A stretch of DNA of 56,068 nt, taken from NCBI GenBank assembly GCA_032718475.1, contig JAUCBJ010005170.1:1-56068 (forward strand), in the 5' to 3' direction. Below are positions 34,100 to 46,681 of this stretch, in pieces; the stretch's first letter is position 1; every line of letters begins with the position of its first letter. Origin of the DNA: Nemertoderma westbladi. Taxonomy: Eukaryota; Animalia; Xenacoelomorpha. Under the pieces are notes generated by a model. That model had not been told where the DNA came from, ran no database searches, and worked only from the letters and a program-made list of their open reading frames with translations. A program made the position numbers and the translations under genes.

Positions 34100-34760
34100 A
34101 GCGTAACCTAGTAAAACTTTTTCTAAGGTAATCTGGAATGTAACTTTTTTGACAAGTAAATATCGTGTGGTGTAAAGTGTACTATTTATTTCGGATCTAT
34201 AAAAGACAAACTTACTTGCTGTCTCGGGTTTATTTAAAACAACACCTTTACTTTTTTCAAAACTATTACATATAGTAGTACTATTATTATCTAAAACTGA
34301 CATTAACTTATTATAACCCGGCGTTTTCTCGCTATAACACAGATCTAGTGATCCAGAACTTAGTGAATTGGTAAATTACGATTCTTACAAGTAGTTTTCG
34401 TATGTAGTTTTTCCTATTTTTATTTATGATGTCAACCAATCTTGGGAAACCACTTTCAATAAAGCATAAATCATTGGGTGTCTGCAGTCTGACTGATAGT
34501 ATAACTTTTTTCATTTTTATTTCATTTTTATTTCATTTTCATGTATAAACAGTCTAAGGATTTGACATTATCAGTTAACCACGATTCACTAGCGTAAAAA
34601 ATCGTTGAAATTACACATGCGTTTAGCACTTGCTTTTAAAAAATGAAAGGAACATTACAATTTTTACTACAGAAAATAATAAACTTATTCATCGTGTCTA
34701 GACATAACTTTTCATGTAGCTTCAAACCGCTAGACATTCTACAGTACCATCATCCGTAAA
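34100..34760 (-). mobile_element. Possible degraded 3' fragment of another non-LTR retrotransposon
   Basis: KVILSVRLQTPNDLCFIESGFP resembles the post-RT region of LINE ORF2. Weak, boundaries uncertain. Confidence 0.3.
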
Positions 34761-35084
34761 TATTGACCCTTGGTACGAATCATTGTTACTGTACGAAATC
34801 ATTAAATCATCAACGCATAGATCATATTAATCTATCTTTTTACTATTTATTACAAAATACTTTGTTTTCTTGGCTCTAATACTCATACCATATTCTTGGC
34901 AATATTGCTGTAGGACTTTTATTTTACCAACGCAGTTCGCAATAATGGTAGTGGACAGTATCACGATGTCGTCCATTAATAGTAGAACTGAAGCGTTCCT
35001 AAAAAACCATCGGATTTATAGGCTTCCTTTATCATAAGTACAAGTTTATTCATATAAATACAGAATAAGGTAACACTACTTACT

Positions 35085-36590
35085 ACTACTACTACTATTT
35101 TTAAGAATGTCTTGTCGACAAAATTGCGTCGCCACAACTCACTATCACCCATGACATTTGCTAGATCATTCGCATCTTCAAGGCCAGTGTCCTTTAAGAT
35201 GCATCTCAAGAAAGTCAATGGCTGTCCAGTGTCCACCATGCTTATTCACTCCATGAGGCCGTCAAAGTACAAGATTATATGCACTGGCTGGTCCTCACGG
35301 CGAAAGCAATGTCCTGCAAAGCGGAGGAGACTTTGTTCTAGTGTCCAGCTTGGGGGAACTAATGAGACACCTCCAATGTTATATAGTGTCTGGTTGGAGA
35401 TATGTGCATTGTTCTTGACACAATGAACCCGGCGTAGAATTGTTGTGAATGTGCCATCCAGAGATTTGGTGTCCTCAGCAGTTAGAGCCCAGCATGGACT
35501 CCCGTAGAGCAGTACTGGAACTACTGCTGCTCTAAATAATCGGACCTTAAGTTTCCGATTAATTCTCTGTGACTTCCAAATCGTGGAAAGCATATTCATT
35601 CAAGGCTGCCCATGCCTTTCCCTTACGTATTCGAAGGTCTTCACCTGACTTCCGGATCCATGATCACAGGTAACAGAAGTCATCCACATGCTCAAGCATT
35701 CCATCCTTTGATCTTATGCTCATCCGGTCAGAGACTTGCTGAGAACTTTTAAAGTTGACTGTCAAAATTTTGGTCTTTTTGGAGTTAATAAAAAGACCAA
35801 CACTAGAAGCAGCCTGTTCTAATGGGGTTGGGGTTGGGCTCCCTTTAGTGATTCTGAGACTACTCCTAAGTCATCAGCAACGTCTAGATCAGTTAGGTAC
35901 TTGGCAGGATTTCCTCGACTTCTGGAGCCAGTAGGTGGAGTTACCATCACCCGATCTTCATTATGATGATCTAAGGACATGCGTAAACATAGTCAACCAC
36001 AATTATGAATAAGAATGGCGCAAGTGTGTCTCCTTGGAGGAATCCTCATAATACTTCTAATGGTTCTGTGTCACCATCAACAGTTGATACAAATGTTGTC
36101 GAACCATCGTTTACTGATCTGATTGCTGCAATAATTTCATCAGGAATCCCATATAATGAAAGTATGCTGAACATACGTGAGCGAGAGACTGATTGAAAGG
36201 CTTGAAGAAGACAACAAAGATAACAGCTAGATACCTGTCTTTATTTTTTGATAATTTTTCAATTATCCTTCTAAGTGCCAAAATGGGCTCCATGGTACCA
36301 CGACCTTTACGGAACCCATTCTGATTTCCACGGAGCAGTCTCTCAATGGGATCCCTGATGCGATTTAATAGCATTCTATTGTATAGCTTTGCAGCAATCG
36401 AGATCAATGAGATTCCCCAAAAAGAACCATAGAGTGTTAGGTTGTCCTTCTTGGGGACTGGCACCAACTTATTTGTTTTCATTTCTTGTGGGACTCTTGT
36501 TGTTCGGTACATGTCTACTATGATGGGATAGATGAGCTTTAAACACTCAGATATTTTAAAGACCTCAGGGGGGACTTCCACTCCCCTGGC
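35085..36590 (-). mobile_element. 5'-truncated RTE-clade LINE, decayed
   Basis: QNGFRKGRGT, LKVRLFRAAVVPVLLYGSPCW, LRFAGHCFRREDQPV. 3' end at a short (TAG)n tail near 35085-35097. Confidence 0.88.
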
Positions 36591-37657
36591 ACAAAAAAAT
36601 CTAAGCAGAAACCACTACCGGGATTATTAGCAATAATTCTCGTGTTGTTGCAAATCATAGAACTTACAAAATAATTTGACAACAAAATAACAACCAGGGA
36701 GAGGAAATACAATAAGGAACTCGAGTGGGGCCTTCGTGTAGCAAAAGCTGCAAGCCATCTTACTGAACAATTATAATTAACTATGGCTAGTTATATATTG
36801 GCTTTCCACACACACACCCACATTGGATTCCCTAAGTATGATCCACCCGGCCTGAGCCGTAATAATCATACGTATCATGCCACTGATGGTAGCAAACCAT
36901 TGGTAAAGCAGCCAATAGAGGAGAGCGTGAATGTATATAGGCCTAATTTAAAGTACATAGTTAAAAAAAACAGAAAATAATATTTAAAAATAATATAATT
37001 AAAATATAAAATAAAAATAATTATTATGTAATCATAATAAATATATTGAATAATTAATTGTTAATAAATTTCACTTATAATCGAAATAGCAATAAAAATC
37101 GTATAAATTGAGCATATGAGCAGATCAGTTGACAAAAAGGACCAAAATTACGTACATCAATGTATCAAGGTGACCAGTTAAAGGTCAACGTCTCCGAGTT
37201 AAAGACCCTTATTTATTTATGTAAACCTCCCCCGCTGCGTTTGATCGGAGAGAGAAAATTTCGGGTCAAAACGCTGCAAAGTGCTACTCTGCAGAAGCAT
37301 ACTTCCCAGACTTTTCTTCTACTTGCCTAGATTCACCTGGAATATAAAATATTGTGACAGTACCGTCAATTATATAATTTTTTTTTATACAGGTTTACTT
37401 TTTTGATAAATATTTATTTGTTACTATAATAACTACTTGTTCTAGAACATTTATTAGTAACAGTACCGTATGTATTTATTGCAACATTTATTGTAAATAG
37501 TATTTCAACTTCTCTTGTTGATTATCATTAGCTAACTTATTTTAATGCCATAAAGCGCCCTATTTTTAGGAACCTAAACAACACAAGTATTGGTTCTCAT
37601 TCAAAGAATCGTTGGAATATTTAACACAACAAACAATATGTAGATATCAAGGTGATC

Positions 37658-38755
37658 ATGGCGTCTTGTTTCAGTAGACCTAGTCGTGGAAAAATTGTAC
37701 GAGCTGTGGAAGCCATCGAATTGAACGAAAATCAGTTGCCGACGCAAATAGAGGAAAATGAAGACATAGAGGCGAACATTCCGAGCTCACCTCATCCGAA
37801 CAATGCAGAACAATCAAACTGGCTGTGCAGAAGGCTGAGTGTTTGTGACAAAAGGAAACTTTTAATCGCGGTAATAGGGATTATTCTGCTATCTATTTCA
37901 ACGGCCATAATATTAATAGCGCTGTTACCATCTGCACCAGCTGTGTCGACCACCAATAGCTCAATACATTTAGGTGACGTCCCAGACACAAATGGTGCCT
38001 TCCCTACAACCGAGGCCACTGAAAGTACCACACCAAAGGAGACAGATGGTGCCTCCCCCACAACCGAGGCCGCTGTAAGTACCACACCAACGGCCACAGA
38101 TGGTGCCTCCTCGACAACCACAATCACGGATACGACTCCGATAACGTTAGACACCTTCCCATGTGCCGGTATTCAGGGCGGTAAAGTGGTAGACAATGAA
38201 CCTTTAAATAAAGAATTGAAATGCGTCCCCTCCGAGAAACTTCTAATACAGAGACATGACAACGCACATTTCTTTGATTTCAATAAAGATTGGGATGATT
38301 ATAAAGATGGTTTTGGTGACGTCGATGGTGAAGGCGGTTACTGGATCGGATTAGAACCAATTCATCTGATAACGAAAAGATGGAAATGTCACCTAGAAAT
38401 TATCTTAGAGCTCGATCGCATGATTTCAAAGCATTATTATCATAATGTGAAGGTCCAATCAGAAAAAAATTCAAATTACACGTTTCAATACGATAATTGG
38501 TAGTCGATAGACAACCATTTGAATGATGGAATGGCTGGAGCTAACAAGAAACAATTCTCGACGAAAGATAGAGATAATGATGATGATAACAGCAAATCTT
38601 TGGCTAAAGATCGAGAAAGCGGTTGGTGGCACACAAAGGAGTCTAAAACGGACCTCAATGGTCACCATACGGGAAATCGGAAAAATCGAAGTTATTGGGA
38701 CGAAACGTTCATTCTTAGTAATGGAATATACCTCACTGACTGCAAATTACTTTAA
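37658..38755 (+). pseudogene. Second FReD membrane-protein paralogue, interrupted by one in-frame TAG (38501-38503)
   Basis: Same N-terminal/TM block as 4416-6257, a short stalk, and a fibrinogen domain continuing in the same frame after the stop (SIDNHLNDGMAGANKKQFSTKDRDND..SGWWHTKES). The 5' and 3' flanks are also homologous. Confidence 0.85.
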
Positions 38756-38921
38756 CTCGCCATAATGTCATAAATTCTACAAATGATTAACGGTATTATC
38801 TGAGTATTTGTACAATCGTAATAGACAGACTTACAGTAACGCGGCACTACAAATGACCTGTGTACATTCCAACAACAACACCAAATACCGGCTTCTTTTA
38901 ATAATCATTTTAAAAAGCGGA

Positions 38922-41162
38922 ACTAGTGGGGAGAAGTACGGAACTAGTGGGAAAGGAGTACATAACTAGTGGAGAGGAGTACGGAACTAGTGGGGAGGAG
39001 TACGGACTATTGGGGAGGAGTACGGAACTAGTGGGGAGGAGTACGGAACTAGCGTGGAGGAGTACGGAACTAGTGGGGAGGAGTACGGAACTAGTGGGGA
39101 GGAGTACAGAACTAGTGGGGAGGAGTACATAACTAGTGGGGAGGAGTACAGAACTAGTGGGGAGGAGTACATAACTAGTGGGGAGGAGTACAGAACTAGT
39201 GAGGAGGAGTACGGAAATAGTGGGGAGGAGTACGGAACTTGTGGGGAGGAGTACGGAACTAGTGGGGAGGAGTACATAACTAGTGGAGAGGAGTAAGGAA
39301 CTAGTGGGGATGAGTACAGAACTAGTGGGGAGGAGTAAGGAACTAGTGGGGAGGAGTATGGACTATTGGGGATGAGTACGGAACTAGTGGGGAGGAGTAT
39401 GGACTATTGGGGATGAGTACGGAACTAGTGGGGAGGAGTACGGAAATAGTGGGGAGGAGTACGGAACTTGTGGGGAGGAGTACAGAACTTGTGGGGAGGA
39501 GTACATAACTAGTGGAGAGGAGTAAGGAACTAGTGGGGAGGAGTACGGACTATTGGGGAGGAGTACAGAACTAGTGTGTAGGAGTACGGAAATAGTGGGG
39601 AGGATTATGGACTATTGGGGATGAGTACGGAACTAGTGGGGAGGAGTACGGAACTAGTGTGTAGGAGTACGGAAATAGTGGGGAGGAGTACGGAACTTGT
39701 GGGGAGGAGTACGGAACTAGTGGGGAGGAGTACAGAACTAGTGATGCGGAGTACGGAACTAGTGGGGAGGAGTACGGAACTAGTGGGGAGGAGTACAGAA
39801 CTAGTGGGGAGGAGTACAGAACTAGTGGGGAGGAGTAAGGAACTAGTGGGGAGGAGTATGGACTATTGGGGATGAGTACGGAACTAGTGGGGAGGAGTAC
39901 GGAAATAGTGGGGAGGAGTACGGAACTTGTGGGGAGGAGTACAGAACTTGTGGGGAGGAGTACATAACTAGTGGAGAGGAGTAAGGAACTAGTGGGGAGG
40001 AGTACGGACTATTGGGGAGGAGTACAGAACTAGTGTGTAGGAGTACGGAAATAGTGGGGAGGAGTATGGACTATTGGGGATGAGTACGGAACTAGTGGGG
40101 AGGAGTACGGAACTAGTGGGAAGGAGTACGGAACTAGTGGGGAGGAGTAAGGAACTAGTGGGGAGGAGTACAGAACTAGTGGGGAGGAGCAAGGAACTAG
40201 TGGGGAGGAGTACGGAACTAGTGGGGAGGAGTAAGGAACTAGTGGGGAGGAGTACAGAACTAGTGGGGAGGAGTAAGGAACTAGTGGGGAGGAGTACGGA
40301 ACTAGTGGGGAGGAGTACTGGACTATTGGGGAGGAGTACGGAACTAGTGGGGAGGAGTACGGAACTAGTGGGGAGGAGTACAGAACTAGTGATGCGGAGT
40401 ACGGAACTAGTGGGGAGGAGTACATAACTAGTGGGGAGGAGAACAAAGCTTGTGGGGAGGAGTACGGAACTAGTGGGGAGGAGTACGGAACTAGTGGCGA
40501 GGAGTACAGAACTAGTGGGGAGGAGTACAGAACTAGTGGGGAGGAGTACAGAACTAGTGGGGAGGAGTACAGAACTAGTGGGGAGGAGTACAGAACTAGT
40601 GGGGAGGAGTACGGAACTAGTGGGGAGGAGTACGGAACTAGTGGGGAGGAGTACGGAACTAGTGGGGAGGAGTACATAACTAGTGGGGAGGAGTACGGAA
40701 CTAGTGGGGAGGAGTACGGAACTAGTGGGGAGGAGTACGGAACTAGTGGGGAGGAGTACGGAACTAGTGGGGAGGAGTACGGAACTAGTGGGGAGGAGTA
40801 CGGAACTAGTGGGGAGGAGTACGGAACTAGTGGGGAGGAGTACGGAACTAGTGGGGAGGAGTACGGAACTAGTGGGGAGGAGTACGGAACTAGTGGGGAG
40901 GAGTACAGAACTAGTGGGGAGGAGTACAGAACTAGTGGGGAGGAGTACGGAACTAGTGGGGAGGAGTACGGACTATTGGGGAGGAGTACAGAACTAGTGG
41001 GGAGGAGTACAGAACTAGTGGGGAGGAGTACAGAACTAGTGGGGAGGAGTACGGAACTAGTGGGGAGGAGTACGGAACTAGTGGGGAGGAGTACAGAACT
41101 AGTGGGGAGGAGTACATAACTAGTGGGGAGGAGTACGGAATTAGTGGGGAGGAGTACGGAAC
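38922..41162. repeat. 21-bp G-rich minisatellite, about 105 copies
   Basis: Unit GGAACTAGTGGGGAGGAGTAC with recurring variants. Confidence 0.97.
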
Positions 41163-41199
41163 GATAACCCCGTCACGATAAAAAACATATGTACTGTAT

Positions 41200-42015
41200 G
41201 TTTGAGGTCATTCACCTCATTATTATGGACATTATAAGATAAAGATAGTCCCTCAAGAAATGAATACAAATAAGTTGGTCCCGCCCCAAAGAAGGGCAAC
41301 CTAACACTCTATGGTTCTTTTCGGGGAATCTCATTAATCTAGATTGCTGCAAAACTATACAACATAATTCTATTAAATCGCATCAGGGATCCCATTGAGA
41401 GACCGCTACTTGGAAATCAGAATGGGTTCCGTAAAGTCGTGGGACCTTTGAAGGACAATTTAAGAGTTATCAACAAAGAAAGTCGCTGTCTTCCTAATGC
41501 TTGTTATCTTTGTTTGTTGACTTCTTTAAGGCCTTCGACTCAGTCTCCCGACCGCGTATGTTCAGCATACTGGCAGCATTTGGGATTCCTGAGGAAATTA
41601 TTGCAGCTATCAGATCACTTGTACGATGGATCCACCACGTTTGTGTCTACTGCTGATGGTGACACAAATCCAATCGAAGTATTATGGGGAGACATTCAGG
41701 GTGGCAATGGGAGTCCATGAGGGGCTCTAACTGCAGAGGATACCAAATTTTTGGATGGCACTTATACAAGAAAGTTGCGCCGGGTTCATTCATGCATAGA
41801 CGGGTTCAAGTACAAAGAACACATCTCCTCAAACTTTTTAAAACCTTAGAGGTCTGTGTTTCATTAATCCCTCTCCAAGCTTGAAACTTGAGCGGAGCCG
41901 CCTCCATTTGGTAGGACATTACATTCGCCGAGAGGACCAGCCTGTGTACAATCTTGTACTTTGGCAGCCTCATGAGGAAAATAAGCATGGTGGATTGGAC
42001 ATGGACAGCCCATGT
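41200..42015 (+). mobile_element. RTE-clade LINE fragment, internally deleted
   Basis: Homologous in reverse orientation to 35085-36590 (AAGAAGGGCAACCTAACACTCTATGGTTCTTTTCGGGGAATCTCA; GHYIRREDQPVYNLVLWQP). Confidence 0.8.
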
Positions 42016-42709
42016 CCCTACAGTAGTAGCAATAAATATACAGGAACAGGTTGTATGACCTTTAGGGCTAATTCGAGTCCAACATTATGTTTCAAAAGTA
42101 AAAAAAATTGTTAGTATGGATGGATATACCATATATTTTAATTATTGGGAAGAACATGCGACAAGGGTGATTTCTAATGATGATTTATACGGTGAGATTT
42201 CATGTATTATTAGACGAAATGGGGGTCTTTCGAATTCAAAGTAATCAAAATAAATCAATCTCTAGAATAACAGATGCTTACTCCCATAAATAAATTGTAT
42301 CGTGTTCTGTTTACTTTAGTTTATTGTTTTGGTTAGAATAAAGGGCCTGTGAACCTAAATTGATAATTTAACATTCAGGTGATACATTAATTACAGAACT
42401 AGGAGATAGAAAATTTGTACAGAAACCCATATCGACAGTTAACATATTATAACCTAAGTAGATAAGATATCGAGGGGGTGGTCTCTGTAAATAAGGCTCA
42501 GGGCTTTAGATGATATCCTTTTTACACCTTCTGTACACTTTACTTTGGTACAAATAATTGCGTACATAATTCTATATGGAGTAATAATATAAATAGGACC
42601 TCTGTAGTTTAATTTGTAACTAAGAATTGAAGTGGTATACCCGCGACAGTCTAATGTGAAGCATAACGGATGGGTGTTGAAAAAAAAAAACGAGAAATTG
42701 GGTCTAAAC

Positions 42710-44137
42710 TACGGAGCCCCTAAAGGGACATGAGAAAAAAAAAATATTTTTTTTGCTAACTCGTGCGAACGACTTACTAAGTCGTGCGAACGACATACTA
42801 AGTCGTGCGAACGACTTAACTAACTCGTGCGAACGACATACTAAGTCGTGCGAACGACTTAACTAACTCGTGCGAACGACATACTAACTCGTGCAAACGA
42901 CTTACTAACTTTACTTTGATTGGCTAAATAATACTGGTAATAAAAGTACAACCTTTTTAGCGGGATTTTCAATTCAATCTACAGCATTTGTTGATTTGAA
43001 AATATTATTATCAATGGCTGAACGCGCTCTGTTAATATCGACGTACTTTAACTTAGGCCTAACATACGGACAGATTTCATCTGCTTTAAAACTAAATAAT
43101 GAAATTATCCTAAGCTGTGCTTTCGCCATCGATGTAACAGGTCTATTGCATATTGTCAGTGTGATCTCTACGGATGAACTTCTGAAAGTTATCTGCTGTT
43201 GGTTGTATGATGTCGGTTGTATGTGGCGGTTGCCTGCGTTTGTCTGCTGCCGGTTTTCTGTCGCCGGTAGTCTACTGTGGCTGTCAGTTGTCTGCTGTAG
43301 GTTTTTTTCTGCTGTCGGCGTAACGTTTACACCAGGATCCGACCGGTTTGACGTGAATTTCAGATCCCGACAATGGAAATTTGTTATCATCTACCCAGAA
43401 TCATAATTATGTTTCGATATTTTGTAAATTGTAAATATAACTGATAAATAATAAATATTATTATTATTATAAAATTAAATATTAAATATTACCCCGCCCC
43501 AATGACGCAGAGGCAGACCAACAACACACTTCTTCACCTCTACCAACGCCGGAGAGTAAAATATCACGCATTATAGAATACATGATAAGTTTGATCCAAG
43601 CAATGCAACGAAACCTGTAAGTTAGAAAATGCATGGTCCTAATATCTCACCTCCCCCCAAAACCTGAGATTTCGACTACAGCTGTTCGATACAATAGTGA
43701 GATGGGAATGTTGCATAGCAACACAGCAACAACACCTGACACTATAATCAGCTTTTATCTAACAGCGCTGACCGTAGTAATACAGCTATTTACTGACTTA
43801 GTTACAATAAAATTAATATGTTAAAGATATTATAATTTGCTACAATATGTCGGTTGTATTATCGGGCTAAGTTAAAGTACGTCGATATTAACAGAGCGCG
43901 TTCAGCCATTGATAATAATATTTTCAACCAATAATGCCATCAACAAATGCTGTAGATTGAATTGAAAATCCCGCTAAAAAGGTTGTACGTTTATTACCAG
44001 TATAATTTAGCCAATCAAAGTAAAGTTAGTATGTCGTTCGCACGACTTAGTATGTCGTTCGCACGACTTAGTAAGTCGTTAACAGGAGTTGGCGAAAAAA
44101 AATATTTTTTTTCTCATGTCCCTTTAGGGGCTCCTTA
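42710..44137 (+). mobile_element. Non-autonomous IS3EU-like DNA transposon with very long inverted arms
   Basis: Termini TACGGAGCCCCTAAAGGGACATGAG / CTCATGTCCCTTTAGGGGCTCCTTA; 6-bp target duplication CTAAAC (42704-42709, 44138-44143); ~21-25-bp subterminal TCGTGCGAACGAC repeats. TAYGG ends with a 6-bp duplication are the IS3EU signature. Confidence 0.75.
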
Positions 44138-44178
44138 CTAAACACTAGCAAATAATATTTAATTAAAAAAAAAAAAAA

Positions 44179-44350
44179 CGTTATCGCCCTACGGGGCTCC
44201 TTATAGCAGTACCGTACATACGTTATCGCCCTACGGGGCTCCTTATAGCAGTACCGTACATACGTTATCGCCCTACGGGGCTCCTTATAGCCGTACCGTA
44301 CATACGTTATCGCCCTACGGGCCTCCTAATAGCAGTACCGTACATACGTT
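44179..44350. repeat. 42-bp tandem repeat x4 inside an older foldback element (~42675-44455)
   Basis: Unit CGTTATCGCCCTACGGGGCTCCTTATAGCAGTACCGTACATA. Host arms CGAGAAATTGGGTCTAAAC|ACTAGCAAATAA and TTATTTGCCGGTGTTTAGAACCTATTTCTCG are inverted copies. Confidence 0.75.
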
Positions 44351-45341
44351 TTTATTAAACCTGAAGCAGCCCGGTAGAGCGATAACGTTTGTTTTTAGTG
44401 AATTAAATCTTATTTGCCGGTGTTTAGAACCTATTTCTCGTTGTTTTTGACACACATACGTAAGTTTACGTTGTGCATTTTATATAAATCTTCTGATTTG
44501 TATAATTATTATATAAATAATTATATAAATAAATAATAATAATTATTATTAACTTTCTCAACCCCATTCAATAATTAGTCATCCTTCAGAAAGAATAAAT
44601 TGCCCTACATTATCTTGTCTATTTAAAGGAATGACGTACATCAAACAAATGTTCACATAAAAATATCATTAATCAGAACTACGCTGTTCTAATATGTCGC
44701 ATTTGTTATCGAACAAAGGTCAAGGTTTTCAACATCAGCCTATTTACACAAAATGTTTAATTTAATTCAATATCAATACTGTATATAAATTGCTGATGAA
44801 TTTAAGTTTTGTTTGTAAAAAATTATTTGAACAATAATTAGTTTTATTCTTAAATAATTGTTACTTTTTCGCTCGAATAAATATAGAGGCCTCCACCAAA
44901 TCGGGAGAAAAAAAAGAGTAATTTTTTGTCCGCTAAGGAAAATAGGTAACCCATCTTCAGGCAGCATCAGGAGTTGGTTGTATAGTAATTTGAATCTCTG
45001 TAACTATGGAAGAAATATTGTAAAGGCTACCAATTAAAGTTTATTCAAAAAACATAAAAAAATTAGAAAACACCTACTTTCTGCACCAAATAATTTACTC
45101 ATTGACAAAATAACATACAGTACAAGCGGATCAACAAAAAATAAATCTGACCAAAAAATAACAAAAGAACAAAACACATACTTTTCGCACAAAATATCTT
45201 ACTTGTCGACCAAAAAAATACATATGAACTAATGTTATAAATTCGACCCAAAAGTTAAAACATCAGCTCCAAAACACACATTTACTACACTAAAACACAT
45301 AAATCAAACAACATAGATATACGATATTTATTTCCTTTTGC

Positions 45342-45730
45342 TAACGGCTTTTACTAACCAAAACAATAAACGATGTTGTTAACAATACAGAGAAAGAAGC
45401 AGGTTAAGAGACAGGTTTTTCTAACCAAAACAAAAAACGATGTTGTTACCAATTGAGGGAAAGGAGCATGTTACAGAAACGTCTTTTTCTAACCGAAACA
45501 ATAAACGATGTTATTATCAATAATTAAGAGAAAGGAGCAGGTTACAGAGACGTCTTTTTCTAACTAATACAATCAACGATGTTTTTACCAAATGAGGGAA
45601 AGGAGCAGGTTATAAGAGACGACTTTTTCTAACTAAAACAATCAACTATGATGTTACCAATTGAGGGAAAGTAGCAGGTTACAGAGACGGCTTTTTCTAA
45701 CCAAAACAAGAAACGATGTTTTTAACAATA
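45342..45730. repeat. Degenerate ~68-70-bp tandem repeat, about 6 copies
   Basis: Consensus near TTTTCTAACCAAAACAATAAACGATGTTGTTACCAATTGAGGGAAAGGAGCAGGTTACAGAGACG. Confidence 0.8.
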
Positions 45731-46681
45731 TCGAATATAAAAATATATATAAAAAATATATAGAAAATACTTTGGGACAAATTTAAATAATTTGGTGCGA
45801 AAAGTATGTAATCTGGGAAAGAAATAATTTATATGGTGTATTGGAAAATACTACATACTGTCCAATTTATTTTGTAACACTTTATCGCTCTATCGTTTAT
45901 TAAAGAATTGAGCAGCAAAAAAGTAACATATGAATGAAATAACGTATTAGGCCAACATGGGAATAAAACATAGAAAACTACTCTTTACTATTATTCTATA
46001 GACTTTTTGATAACCTCTTGGCGCTCGGAATATAAAATGCCTCGCGAATAGTGAATAGCGAATCGTTTTTTCCCATGTAAAGAATAATTATAATTTCGAC
46101 CGTTTGAACTAATGAAACTGTTGGTTGCTGTTTGAATTTATCGTCAGCCGTTTAAACAAATTCAACAATTTGGCAAAACAAATCACTCAACAAACTGAGC
46201 TAGGCCTACGCAATATTTTTTTGAAATATACAGTATATACTGTGTATACAGTATAGTAGGCCTAATTATAATGAGCAAGACTGTGAGGACTGTAAATGTA
46301 TGGGCTGACCGATGCCCACTTTCCATGTGTATCTCTCTGTCTCTTGATAATATCTCCGGGAAGTTATTGGTGAAATTAAAAACTAAATTAATATTTATTA
46401 CAATACTTATAACCAATTAATACAAGAAACAATGTAGGTAGGTAGGTATCATAAGCAATTGGGGGAACGAAAGGAATAATAATAAAATACATGGGGGAAA
46501 GGGGGGGGGGGGGGGGGACAGGAATAGTCGAGTGAAACATATTTTCGACCTTTTGTCACAGTGATTTTGCAGGGTGCCCAAGTACTGAAAACTGTTCGAC
46601 CATTTCAATTAATTATTCATTTCAATTTCAATTAGTTTCAGTTAATTTTTCGACTGTTATACCTTAATAATATTACTAACA

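Noticed and set aside
38922-41162. CRISPR array, or coding ORFs such as (GRSTELV)n and (YSSPLVP)n
   Set aside because: Head-to-tail 21-bp units with no unique spacers and no cas genes, in a eukaryotic context. The ORFs are by-products of a unit length divisible by three.
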